In this document: positions 31,916-40,603 of the stretch, one piece after another
Layout: every line of letters begins with the position of its first letter
How positions within the stretch are numbered: the stretch's first letter is position 1
Source: Methanobacteriota archaeon
Lineage (GTDB): Archaea > Hydrothermarchaeota > Hydrothermarchaeia > Hydrothermarchaeales > BMS3B
Direction: 5' to 3'
Length of the DNA: 48,541 nt
Assembly: GCA_013152685.1 (NCBI GenBank)
Contig: JAADFX010000130.1
Coordinates: forward strand, 13,913 to 62,453
Position numbers and translations under genes: made by a program
The notes under the pieces: generated by a model
What the model saw: only the letters and a program-made list of their open reading frames with translations
What the model was told of the DNA's origin: nothing
Databases searched by the model: none

Positions 31916-33569
31916 GCTGCACCAGCGGCTCCACGTCCAGCTCCAGCGCCGCCACCGGGTACTCAAGCTGGAAGTTCTCCAGCACCTCCGGGTGGACCTC
32001 CCCGAATACCCCAGCCCCGGTGCCGGATATCCGCAGGGCGGCGCACCTGCCCGGTATGAAGGCCGGGTCCTCCGAGGGCACCACCTCGTACTCCTCAACC
32101 CCCAGGTCCCTGAGGATCCCCTGCACCAGCGCCTTTATTTCGGTGAAGCTCGCCCTGTCGTGGATGCTCGCCGCTGCGAGCCTGCGCCTCCTGACGGCAC
32201 CCACCTCAGCCTCTCCGCTCAGGAGCACCACATCCCCCAGCTCAAATATGCGCTGCGGAAGCTCGTGATGCCTGTTCAGCCTCAGGGTGCGCAGCAGCCC
32301 CGGGAGCAGCGACGTCCTCACCAGGGTGTGCTCCTCGCTGATGGGGTTCTTTATCCTCACCGCCCCGCCCGGGGTGCGGCGCATCCAGGAGAAGCTCTCC
32401 GCCTCGTTGGTGAGCATCAGGTTCATCACCTCGGTAAAGCCGTAGCCGGGCAGCAGCATGCGCAGCTTCTCCCCCAGCTCCTCCAGGGGCAGCTTTTCCC
32501 CCACGGTGGGAACCGCCGGCATCCTGCTGGAAAAGTTGCCGTAGCCGTAGCCTATGGCGACGTCCTCCACCAGGTCTATCTCGTGGAAGATGTCGCACCT
32601 GTAGCAGGGGACCAGCACCTCCAGCTCCTCTCCTTCATCCCTGACGCCGAAGCCCATCCTCTCCAGGCAGGCCCTCACCTCCTCCGCATCCAGGCTGAGC
32701 CCCAGCATCCTGTTCACGTACTCCACCCGCAGCCTCCTCACCCCGGGCGAGAAGTCGGGTGTCAGGAGGCTGCGCTCCGGGTACCTCACCTCCACCTGCC
32801 GCACGGTAAAGCCGCGCTCCGCCAGGGCGGTTGCCAGGATGTTCAGGGCCTGGGAGATCAGCGTGAGGTCGGTGCCGGTAACGTCTATGAAGAAGCTGCG
32901 CGTCGCCTCGGTTACCCTGGTCAGCTCGCCGTTTATTATCGGCGGGAGGCTGAGCACCCTGCCGCGGGAGTCGAGAATCACCGGGTACCTGTCGAAGGAG
33001 GAGATGATGTGGCCATACTCCACACCCTTGGGGTGCTCCTGGAGGATCTCCCGGGGCGTCATCTCCTCCCCATACCCCAGGGGCACGAAGCGTATCTCAT
33101 CCGGGGCAACGGTGGTGTACCTGTAGGGCGGTGTCACCCGCGCCGGGTCGTGCACACCTATGGAGACCTTCCTCCTGTCCCTGCCAAGCGCCCAGTGGAG
33201 CTTCTCCTGGAGCTCCATAAGCTCCGCTATGAGCTCATCGGTGAGCCTCACCCCCTCCACCTCGCAGGCCACCACGTAGTCGCGGATGCCGGCCACGCTC
33301 CCGTCCACCAGCAGCTGATTCCTCGCCTCCTCCGCCGTGTACTCCTTCAGCCCGGGCTCCACGCCGAAGAAGGCGCGGTACGCCCTGGCGATGCCCTCCA
33401 CGGAGTAGAGGTCGGGCCGGTTTGGGAAGTACTCCACGTAGAGGTGCTCCCCGTCGTAGCCCTCGATGTCGCAGCCCAGCAGGGGAAGCTTCTCCATAAG
33501 CTCCACGTCGCTCATCTCAACGCGGAGCATGCGCCTGAGCTCAGCCATGTTGACCTTTATGACCGGCAT
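31908..33569 (-). CDS. pheT: Phenylalanine--tRNA ligase beta subunit (archaeal type)
   Basis: The N-terminus MPVIKVNMAELRRML is followed by B3/4 and B5 regions and the characteristic archaeal PheT length of 553 aa. It lies immediately downstream of pheS. Confidence 0.9.
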   Translation of the reverse strand: MPVIKVNMAELRRMLRVEMSDVELMEKLPLLGCDIEGYDGEHLYVEYFPNRPDLYSVEGIARAYRAFFGVEPGLKEYTAEEARNQLLVDGSVAGIRDYVVACEVEGVRLTDELIAELMELQEKLHWALGRDRRKVSIGVHDPARVTPPYRYTTVAPDEIRFVPLGYGEEMTPREILQEHPKGVEYGHIISSFDRYPVILDSRGRVLSLPPIINGELTRVTEATRSFFIDVTGTDLTLISQALNILATALAERGFTVRQVEVRYPERSLLTPDFSPGVRRLRVEYVNRMLGLSLDAEEVRACLERMGFGVRDEGEELEVLVPCYRCDIFHEIDLVEDVAIGYGYGNFSSRMPAVPTVGEKLPLEELGEKLRMLLPGYGFTEVMNLMLTNEAESFSWMRRTPGGAVRIKNPISEEHTLVRTSLLPGLLRTLRLNRHHELPQRIFELGDVVLLSGEAEVGAVRRRRLAAASIHDRASFTEIKALVQGILRDLGVEEYEVVPSEDPAFIPGRCAALRISGTGAGVFGEVHPEVLENFQLEYPVAALELDVEPLVQLR

Positions 33570-33570
33570 C

Positions 33571-35064
33571 CTACCTCACCTTCGCCCTCCGCAGCCAGGT
33601 AATGTCGCTCATGTAGAGCCGCCGGATGTCCTCCAGGCCCAGGCGTAGCATTGCCAGGCGCTCTATGCCCAGGCCCCAGGCCAAAACCGGGTGCCGGATC
33701 CCGAGGGGCTCGGTGACCTCCGGGCGGAAGATGCCCGCACCTCCCAGCTCCAGCCACTTGCCCCTGTCCTGGAAGAAGACCTCTATCTCGAGGCTCGGCT
33801 CCGTGTAGGGGAAGTAGCCGGGGCGGAAGCGCACCCGCTCAAAGCCCATCTTGCTGTAGAACTCCCTGAGCAGCCCCAGCAGGTCGGCGAAGCTCACATC
33901 GCCCACCACAATGCCCTCCACCTGGTGGAACTCGGGAAGGTGCTTGAAGGTTATGCGCTCCTTCCTGAAGACCCTGTCAACGCAGAACACCTTTATCGGC
34001 GGCTTCTGCCTCCTCGCCAGGTAGCGGATGGTGGTGGCGGTGGTGTGCGTCCTGAGCAGCGCGGTGCGCGCAACCTCCTCGCTCCAGGAGTAGCGCCACC
34101 CCGTGGAGCCTGTGTCGCCACCGCACTCGTGGGCGCGCCTCACCGCCTCCACGGTCTCCCTGTCCGGCAGCTCTGCCCGGGCGGGCTCCTCCAGGTAGAA
34201 GGTGTCCTGCATCTCCCTGGCCGGGTGGTCCTGGGGAACAAAGAGGGCATCGAAGTTCCAGAAGCTTGACTCCACCAGAGGACCAGAGATCTCCCTGAAG
34301 CCCATCTGGAGAAATATGGAGCGGATCTCATCCATTATTATCCGCAGGGGGTGGAGTTTTGCGGGCAGCACCTCCGGCGCCGGGAGGGTGACATCATACC
34401 CGCGCAGCTTCTTCCCCCGCCAGCTGCCCTCCCTGAGCACCCGGTGGGTGAGTTGGGAGATCTCCTCCTCCAGCTCAACCCCCTCCGACAGGAGCCTCCG
34501 TCCCTCCTCCGTCAGGCGCGCACGCCTGGTGCTCCTCTCCTCAACTCTGACAACGCGCTGCCTGCTCCTGAGGAGCTCCAGCGCTGAGCGCTCCGCATCG
34601 CTGAGGCGGCTGACCAGAAGCTCACCATCCCTCAGCCTCTCCAGCAGCTTCTCGTCCTCCCCGGGCTCTCCCCTTCTGCCCTCCTCGGTGAGCACAACCC
34701 TGCCCTTTGAGATGGTCGCCAGGTTCTTCCTGCGCAGCCACCCCAGGGCTATCCTGACCTCCTCGCCCCGGAGCACCTCCCCCAGGGAGGATATCTCCGC
34801 CTCGCCGCCCCTCCTCTTCAGGTACTCCAGCGCCCTGCGCTCTGGCAGGCCCCTCTCCACGTAGAGCCTGCCCTCCTCATCCAGGGAGACGGCGCTGTCC
34901 TCCCTCTCCTCCAGCTCCACCAGGCCCTTGCGCACCAGCCAGTACAGGGCGCGGTTGACGGCGCTTTCCCCGAGCCCCGAGCGCCGGGCAATCTCTCCGG
35001 GGGACGCCTCCTGAAGCTCTCCCAGCGCCCGGAGAACCAGCTTTTCGTTCCTGCTCAGCTCCAT
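33571..35064 (-). CDS. pheS: Phenylalanine--tRNA ligase alpha subunit (archaeal type)
   Basis: The start MELSRNEKLVLRAL lies at 35064. N-terminal repeated wHTH modules are followed by class II motifs (HPAREMQDTFY, FRKE...HLPEFHQVEG, GAGIFRPEV...GLGIERLAM). The track extension upstream of 35064 overlaps the next gene. Confidence 0.9.
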   Translation of the reverse strand: MELSRNEKLVLRALGELQEASPGEIARRSGLGESAVNRALYWLVRKGLVELEEREDSAVSLDEEGRLYVERGLPERRALEYLKRRGGEAEISSLGEVLRGEEVRIALGWLRRKNLATISKGRVVLTEEGRRGEPGEDEKLLERLRDGELLVSRLSDAERSALELLRSRQRVVRVEERSTRRARLTEEGRRLLSEGVELEEEISQLTHRVLREGSWRGKKLRGYDVTLPAPEVLPAKLHPLRIIMDEIRSIFLQMGFREISGPLVESSFWNFDALFVPQDHPAREMQDTFYLEEPARAELPDRETVEAVRRAHECGGDTGSTGWRYSWSEEVARTALLRTHTTATTIRYLARRQKPPIKVFCVDRVFRKERITFKHLPEFHQVEGIVVGDVSFADLLGLLREFYSKMGFERVRFRPGYFPYTEPSLEIEVFFQDRGKWLELGGAGIFRPEVTEPLGIRHPVLAWGLGIERLAMLRLGLEDIRRLYMSDITWLRRAKVR

Positions 35065-35065
35065 G

Positions 35066-35323
35066 CTATCCCTGCTCTGCCCTTTTTTCCGCCTCTTCGT
35101 TGAAGTAGAGCATCGCAACAAGCACAAAGAGCACCGCCATTGCGATAAAGTACTCAAAGTTTGGCCTGTTACCCGCGACCATGTAAACAGATATTATTCC
35201 GAAGAGCACCCCCAGACCCGAGAAAACCCAGAATACCTCATCCCTCTTGAGCTCCCTCTCCAGGTAGTACATGGCAAATATAACCAGGGCGACACCCAAA
35301 CCAAAAACCACGCGTGCATCCAT
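35066..35323 (-). CDS. Small membrane protein (3 TM), unknown function
   Basis: 85-aa hydrophobic ORF packed tightly between GGGPS and pheS. Confidence 0.45.
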   Translation of the reverse strand: MDARVVFGLGVALVIFAMYYLERELKRDEVFWVFSGLGVLFGIISVYMVAGNRPNFEYFIAMAVLFVLVAMLYFNEEAEKRAEQG

Positions 35324-35372
35324 TGCATTGCAGAGTTTATCTAAATGTTATATAAAGCTTTCCGGGAAGCGC

Positions 35373-36116
35373 CTAAACCCGGGCAATTGCCTCAACAAAC
35401 TCCCTCACCTTCGCCTCCACGTCCCCGGCGCTCTCCACGGCGGTGCCGGTTACGATTATATCAGCGCCCGCCTTCGCCACCCTGTAGGCGTCCTCCCCAC
35501 TCCTTATCCCGCCCCCCACTATAACGGGGACGTCCACAGCTCGCCTGACGGCGAGAACCATCTCCTCGGGCACCGGCTGCGCAGCGCCTGATCCAGCCTC
35601 CAGGTACACCAGCCTCATGCCCAGGTACTGGGCTGCGAGGGCGTAGCCCGCGGCCAGCTGGGGCTTCGACCTGGGTATGGCCCGGGCGTCGCCCACCCAT
35701 CCCACGGCTCCCCCCGGCTCAACGATTATGTAGCCCATGGGTATGGGCTCAATGCCTGCCCGCTTCACCGCGGGGGCACCTATAGCCTGGGCGCCGGTGA
35801 TGTAGTAGGGGTTGCGGGAGTTCAGGAGGCTCATGAAGAATATGGCATCCGCATGCCTCGAAACTCCGGTAACATCGCCGGGGAAGAGTATCACAGGCCT
35901 GCCGCCGGCGCTCCGCTTTACCGCCTTTACGGTCTCGTCGAGCAGGTGCTGGTCTATGCCGGCGCTCCCACCGACCATTATCGCGTCGCTTCCGCCGCTG
36001 ACCGCAAGAGCGGCGATCTCCCCCGCCCTCTCCGGGCTCTGCTTGTCGGGGTCAATGAGGGTGAAGTGAGCCTTCCGCTCGGCGACCAGGTCTGAGATGT
36101 ACTCCAGGACCTTCAT
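35373..36116 (-). CDS. Geranylgeranylglyceryl phosphate synthase (PcrB family)
   Basis: The start MKVLEYISD lies at 36116. Family motifs are HFTLIDPDK, IMVGGS, FPG, LNSRNPYYI, EAGSGA and VGGGIRS. The track extension overlaps rpl40e. Confidence 0.87.
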   Translation of the reverse strand: MKVLEYISDLVAERKAHFTLIDPDKQSPERAGEIAALAVSGGSDAIMVGGSAGIDQHLLDETVKAVKRSAGGRPVILFPGDVTGVSRHADAIFFMSLLNSRNPYYITGAQAIGAPAVKRAGIEPIPMGYIIVEPGGAVGWVGDARAIPRSKPQLAAGYALAAQYLGMRLVYLEAGSGAAQPVPEEMVLAVRRAVDVPVIVGGGIRSGEDAYRVAKAGADIIVTGTAVESAGDVEAKVREFVEAIARV

Positions 36117-36124
36117 CGCCCAGC

Positions 36125-36271
36125 TCAGCCCTTGGCCTCCTTGCGCTTGGGGCGCAGAGCCTTGGAGCCGCACTTCCTGCACTTCTTCGCAAGCCAGGCG
36201 TTTCTCGCCTTGCACTTTCTGCATATCTTTACCCTGAAGAGCCTGCGCTCAGCCTCGGGAAACCTAGCCAT
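36125..36271 (-). CDS. rpl40e: 50S ribosomal protein L40e
   Basis: [48 protein letters not shown] (48 aa) has a CxxC...CxxC zinc ribbon. GCGGAGG lies upstream. Only the 3' third of the 105-aa track ORF is the gene. Confidence 0.85.
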   Translation of the reverse strand: MARFPEAERRLFRVKICRKCKARNAWLAKKCRKCGSKALRPKRKEAKG

Positions 36272-36384
36272 TTCCATTCCTCCGCAAGAGCGACTTACCT
36301 TCTTATCCCGCTCTATATAAATATTTCTCGAAAATGTGCCCTTCCCTGCCGCCGGAACACCCGGACAGGAAAGTTGCCTTGGAG

Positions 36385-36458
36385 TGCCCCCGCCGGGATT
36401 TGAACCCGGGCCTAGACCTCCGCAGGGTCCCGTTCTATCCAAACTATACTACGGGGGC
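36385..36458 (-). tRNA. tRNA-Arg (anticodon GCG)
   Basis: The reverse complement is GCCCCCGTAGTATAGTTTGGATAGAACGGGACCCTGCGGAGGTCTAGGCCCGGGTTCAAATCCCGGCGGGGGCA. The 7-bp acceptor stem pairs perfectly. The anticodon arm is GGACC-CTGCGGA-GGTCT. The T-arm is CCGGG-TTCAAAT-CCCGG. CCA is not encoded. Confidence 0.85.
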
Positions 36459-36492
36459 GGTAATGCTGTTCCTAGCGGGGAAGGTAACCTTA

Positions 36493-37281
36493 TTAATCTT
36501 TTCTTAACAGCTCTGCCAGCTCCTCCAGCCTCTCCAGGGCGGGGTAGCTGGTGAAATCCAGGCTCAGGGGCGAGACAGATATGCACCCCTCCACGCGCAC
36601 CGCGTGCACATCTGTCCCCGGCTCTGAGTCGTAGATGGGGTCGCCGTCAATCCAGAAGTAGGTCCTGCCCCTGGGGTCCCGGCGCCTCTGGAGGCGGGTG
36701 GTGTACATCCTCCGGGCCAGGCGGGTTATCCTCACACCGCCCCTCGGCCTCTCCGGCACATTTATGTTCAGCAGGTCCACCCCCTCGGGAAGGCCCCTCT
36801 CCAGCACGTACTCGGCGCACCTCCTGAGCACCCTCCTGCCCCAGGAGAAGTCCACCTCGGGCTGGATCTCCTCGAACTTTATCCTGCCCTCGGCGTGCAG
36901 CGAGACAGCAATCGCCGGCACCCCCTGGCTGGCGCCCTCCATGGCGGCGCCCACAGTTCCGCTGGTGGTGGCCTCGCAGCTCATGTTCTCCCCAATGTTT
37001 ATGCCCGAGACCAGCAGCTCAGGCTTCTCACCCAGTACGCCGTAGATGCCCACGATCACGGCATCCACGGGCGTGCCGTCTATCGCAAAGGCCCGGGCGC
37101 CGTCGATTCTCGCCTGGGAGATGCTCACAGGGGAGAACAGGGACATGCTCCTCCCCACGCCGCTCTTCTGCGTAGCCGGCGCGACGGCGGTTATCTCCCC
37201 CAGCCCGGAGAGCGCCTCCACCGCCGCCCTAAGGCCGGGCGAGTTGATGCCGTCGTCGTTCACCACCAGGATTTTCCTCAT
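36493..37281 (-). CDS. surE: 5'/3'-nucleotidase SurE
   Basis: The N-terminus MRKILVVNDDGINSPGL and GINIGEN and SGTVGAAMEG are the canonical SurE motifs. Confidence 0.9.
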   Translation of the reverse strand: MRKILVVNDDGINSPGLRAAVEALSGLGEITAVAPATQKSGVGRSMSLFSPVSISQARIDGARAFAIDGTPVDAVIVGIYGVLGEKPELLVSGINIGENMSCEATTSGTVGAAMEGASQGVPAIAVSLHAEGRIKFEEIQPEVDFSWGRRVLRRCAEYVLERGLPEGVDLLNINVPERPRGGVRITRLARRMYTTRLQRRRDPRGRTYFWIDGDPIYDSEPGTDVHAVRVEGCISVSPLSLDFTSYPALERLEELAELLRKD

Positions 37282-37354
37282 AGCCTCTAGCCCCCTGGCT
37301 AACGATGCGATAAAAATTTACAGGCGTTAACTCTGCCGTATTCTCCTGCTACCT

Positions 37355-37438
37355 GCGGGGGTAGCCAAGCGGACAAAGGCGCCAGATTCAGGGTCTGGTC
37401 CCTAAGTGGGTTCGAGGGTTCAAATCCCTTCCCCCGCA
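37355..37438 (+). tRNA. tRNA-Leu (anticodon CAG), long variable arm
   Basis: The sequence is GCGGGGGTAGCCAAGCGGACAAAGGCGCCAGATTCAGGGTCTGGTCCCTAAGTGGGTTCGAGGGTTCAAATCCCTTCCCCCGCA. The acceptor stem pairs perfectly. The anticodon arm is CCAGA-TTCAGGG-TCTGG. An extra arm is present. The T-loop is TTCAAAT. Confidence 0.88.
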
Positions 37439-37545
37439 TCTCCACTCTGAGGGGTGCTTCCCCTGTTTTCAATCTCGGCGCTGCTGGCGAAAATGTTATA
37501 TCAAAAATACCGGCAAATCATCTGTGTGCAGCATTTCCCGGGTGG

Positions 37546-38889
37546 TTGAATTTGAGAAGAATTTCGGAGGGGCTCTCGCCTCTGAAAATCACAGTAATAT
37601 ACGTCTTCATCGCCAGCATGTGGATAGTAATATCTGACAGGCTGCTCGCCCTCTCCGTTACCGACCCGGAGAGGCTCGCCAGCATCGAGTGGGTGATGGA
37701 GAGCGTATTTATACTGATAACGGGCGCACTGCTCTACCTGCTGATAAGCCGCTACGAGGCAGCCATGCGGCGCTCCCGCGAGGCGCTGGAGGAGAGCGAG
37801 GAGCGCTACCGGCAGATGGTGGAGAACTCACCCAACCCGATTTTTTCTGTGGACGCTGAGGGGAGCATAGTGATGTGGAACAGGGCCTGCGAGAAGGTCT
37901 TCGGGCTGGGGAGGGAGGAGGCGCTGGGGATGAAGTACACGGAGCTTCTGACCCCCGAAGAGGTGGAGCAGGTAAGGGCAATGGTGGACAGGGTGTTCAG
38001 GGAAAAGCGCGCCTTCAGGGATGTGGACATAACCTACCTCTCCAGAGACGGCAGCCAGCGCACAATGCTCTCAAGGCTCTACCCCCTGCTGGACGGGCAC
38101 GGCAGGGTGAGAGCCTGCGTCTTTGCGAACACCGACGTAACCGAGAGGAGGCGCGCCGAGGAGGAGCTGAAGCGGGCCTACAGGAAGCTCAAGAAGACCA
38201 ACGAGGAGCTCAGGACCCTGGACGAGATGAAGGCAAACATAATCGCCAACGTGAGCCACGAGCTGCGCACACCCATAACCATCGCCAAGGGCGCCATAGA
38301 GCTGGCGATGGACGAGCAGGACCAGGAGAAGAGGCGTGACCTGCTGAACATGGCAATGAACGCCCTCCTCAGGCAGAACTTCATCGTGGAGGACCTGCTG
38401 CAGGCCGCCCGGCTGGAGAGGGGGGAGCTCAGGATGGAGGAGGTGAACCTGGGGGAGCTGGTGGAGCGCGTCGCCGAGGAGTTCAGGCCGGTGCTCATCA
38501 AGCACGGGCTCAGGATGAGCCTGAAGGTGGGGGACGACCTGCTGGCAACCGCGGACCCGGAGCAGGTGGAGCACGTGCTGCGCAACCTGATAAACAACGC
38601 AATAAAGTTCAACCGCGAGGGGGGCAGCATAACCATCGAGGCGGAGCGGAAGGACGGCGAAGTGGAGGTGTGCGTCAGCGACACGGGGATAGGCATACCC
38701 GAGGAGGAGCTCGACAGGATCTTCGACCGCTTTTACCAGATAGACGCCTCCCCAACCAGGCGCTACGGGGGCACCGGGCTGGGGCTGGCCATCGTCAAGG
38801 AGATAGTGGAGGCCCACGGGGGCAGGGTTACCGTGACCTCGAAGGTGGGCGAGGGCTCCCGATTCTGCTTTACGCTGCCCGCCGCCTAG
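37546..38889 (+). CDS. Membrane-anchored PAS sensor histidine kinase
   Basis: Two TM helices. The PAS domain includes SEERYRQMVENSPNPIFSVDAEGSIVMWN. The H-box is SHELRTPIT. The N, G1 and G2 boxes are NNAIKFN, DTGIGI and GGTGLGLAIV. The start is a TTG. Confidence 0.85.
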   Translation: MNLRRISEGLSPLKITVIYVFIASMWIVISDRLLALSVTDPERLASIEWVMESVFILITGALLYLLISRYEAAMRRSREALEESEERYRQMVENSPNPIFSVDAEGSIVMWNRACEKVFGLGREEALGMKYTELLTPEEVEQVRAMVDRVFREKRAFRDVDITYLSRDGSQRTMLSRLYPLLDGHGRVRACVFANTDVTERRRAEEELKRAYRKLKKTNEELRTLDEMKANIIANVSHELRTPITIAKGAIELAMDEQDQEKRRDLLNMAMNALLRQNFIVEDLLQAARLERGELRMEEVNLGELVERVAEEFRPVLIKHGLRMSLKVGDDLLATADPEQVEHVLRNLINNAIKFNREGGSITIEAERKDGEVEVCVSDTGIGIPEEELDRIFDRFYQIDASPTRRYGGTGLGLAIVKEIVEAHGGRVTVTSKVGEGSRFCFTLPAA

Positions 38890-39438
38890 GGGTGCTCCCT
38901 GGAGAGGTACTCCACTATGCCCGGAGTGAGCATCAGCCTTCCGGAGTGCACCACATATCCGTAGGGCAGCAGGATGCGCTCCTCATCGCCGAGGCGCACC
39001 TCCACCTCGCTGGTGACCTCTATGTCCTCCAGCCGCTCCCCCAGGTAGATGAGCCTGCGCGCTGTCTATGCTCAGCTGAACCCTGCCCAGGTGCCTCGCC
39101 CTGTGGGTCAGCTCCCGGGTTATGTACCTCGCCGTCCTGCCCCGGGGCTTCTCATACCCCAGGATTCCTCCCACCACCACCGCCTTCGCACCGGCGAGGT
39201 CCTCCGCCCTGAGGGGCCTCTCCGCCCCGGGGTCCAGGATTACCACCTCCTCCCCCGCAAAGAGTTCCCTGAAGCTCCCTGCGTGAACCTCGCCCAGCCG
39301 GGCAAGCCGCGACCTCATGCTGCGGGGCACATTGGTGAATACAGCGCCACCCCAGTAGCGGGAGGCCGCCGCATACTCCAGGTAAAGCCACTCCGAGAGT
39401 TCCGGCTCCAGGTTCTCAATCACCAGCCTGGGCGGCAT
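38886..39438 (-). pseudogene. DUF431-like SAM-dependent RNA methyltransferase with an apparent +1 frameshift near 39056-39062
   Basis: The frame from ATG 39438 reads LVIENLEPELSEWLYLEY...VVGGILGYEKPRGRT...LGRVQLSIDSA and then decays into a G/R/A-rich tail to a stop at 38983. Shifting one base at the GCGCGC run gives RLIYLGERLEDIEVTSEVEVRLGDEERILLPYGYVVHSGRLMLTPGIVEYLSREHP* ending at 38886. The total span of 553 nt is not a multiple of 3. Confidence 0.55.
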
Positions 39439-39456
39439 GTCTCTGAAGGGGTAAAA

Positions 39457-40551
39457 TTAACCTTCAAAAACAAGTATTGCCGTGGGCAGCCTGCCGTACA
39501 CAATGTCGATGCGCCTGTCCGGCTCCCTGCTGAAGAACTCGGGCCTCGCGGTGAGTATCACCGCCCTGCGCCAGCTCCCAGAAGAGAGGTTGCGCTCAAA
39601 CTCCCTGTAGAGCCTCCGTATCTTCCTGACACTGCCCATCCGCAGCCCGTAGGGTAGGTTGGTCACAATCCTGTCAGAGTCCAGGGGCACCCTGGTGGCG
39701 TCGCAGGTGTGGAAGTCCACCCGCACGCCGGCACGCTCCGCATTCATCCTCGCACCCGCCACGTGCTTTGGCGAAATGTCGCATCCGCGTATTTTCAGCT
39801 CTTGCCGGAGCACCCGCGCGTCGAATCTCCGGATGAGCTCCCTGAACCTCTCCAGTGGGAGGAAGCCCAGATTCCAGAAGAGAAAGCTGTCCCTGCGGAG
39901 CTGGTTTGGCATCCTCAAGGCGTAGCGCGCCGCCTCTATGCAGATGGTGCCCGAGCCGCAGAAGGGGTCGAGCAGCGCCTCCTCCGCAGACCAATCGGCA
40001 ATTCTCACCAGGGCGTGGCAGATGCTGGGCTTCAGGGGTGCTGGATGCTGGTACACCCGGTACCCGCGCCGGTGGAGGCTCTCGCCGGTGGTGTCTATGC
40101 CCACGTAGCACAGCCTCTGCCTCAGCTCAATGCGCACCACAACCTCGGGCGTATCCAGATTTACCCTGAGCCGCACACCGCGCGCCGAGGCGTAGCTGTC
40201 TATCACCGCCTGCCCCGCCACCCGGGCGATGTCCATGGAGGTGAAGCTGTGCTCGCCCATGCGCGAGGCCCTCACGGCGAAGGTCTGCCCGGGTGAGATG
40301 TACTCCTCGAAGGGCAGCCGCCTCACCGCGCCGTATATGTCCTGGAGGTCCTGCACCTCACCCCGGTGCAGCAGGAGCACAACCCGGTGGAGCGAGTTTG
40401 AGCAGTAGTTTAGGGTCAGTATGTCCTCCACCTCGCCCCGGAGCAGCAGCCTGCCACCCCCGTCGATGACGGGGCTCCTGCGGGTGAGCTCGCGCACCTC
40501 CTGCGCCGCTACCTCCTCGATGCCCCGCTCCGTGGTGAGCAGAAGCTCCAT
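39457..40551 (-). CDS. THUMP-domain class I SAM-dependent RNA (tRNA guanine-N2, Trm14/RlmL-like) methyltransferase
   Basis: The start MELLLTTERGIEE lies at 40551. A THUMP-like N-terminal half is followed by LLDPFCGSGTICIEAA (SAM motif I) and TNLPYG (motif IV). Confidence 0.78.
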   Translation of the reverse strand: MELLLTTERGIEEVAAQEVRELTRRSPVIDGGGRLLLRGEVEDILTLNYCSNSLHRVVLLLHRGEVQDLQDIYGAVRRLPFEEYISPGQTFAVRASRMGEHSFTSMDIARVAGQAVIDSYASARGVRLRVNLDTPEVVVRIELRQRLCYVGIDTTGESLHRRGYRVYQHPAPLKPSICHALVRIADWSAEEALLDPFCGSGTICIEAARYALRMPNQLRRDSFLFWNLGFLPLERFRELIRRFDARVLRQELKIRGCDISPKHVAGARMNAERAGVRVDFHTCDATRVPLDSDRIVTNLPYGLRMGSVRKIRRLYREFERNLSSGSWRRAVILTARPEFFSREPDRRIDIVYGRLPTAILVFEG

Positions 40552-40603
40552 GCTCCCAGAATCACCCTTAATTATATATAACACCTTTTCCTTACCGCAG
40601 GTT
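40552..40603. promoter_or_regulatory. Divergent promoter spacer with a symmetric TATA element
   Basis: A 52-nt spacer lies between the THUMP-MTase ATG (40551) and the ClC ATG (40604). It contains TTAATTATATATAAC. The TATA centre is about 25-30 nt from each start codon, which suggests near-leaderless divergent transcripts. Confidence 0.4.

Noticed and set aside
31881-33602. 573-aa plus-strand ORF
   Set aside because: It is antisense to pheT, whose identity is clear. It shows shadow-ORF composition.
35065-35157. Track start of pheS at 35157; likewise GGGPS at 36224 and L40e at 36442
   Set aside because: These extensions overlap the upstream genes and add non-conserved, Cys/Arg-rich leaders. 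Internal ATGs at 35064, 36116 and 36271 give canonical N-termini.
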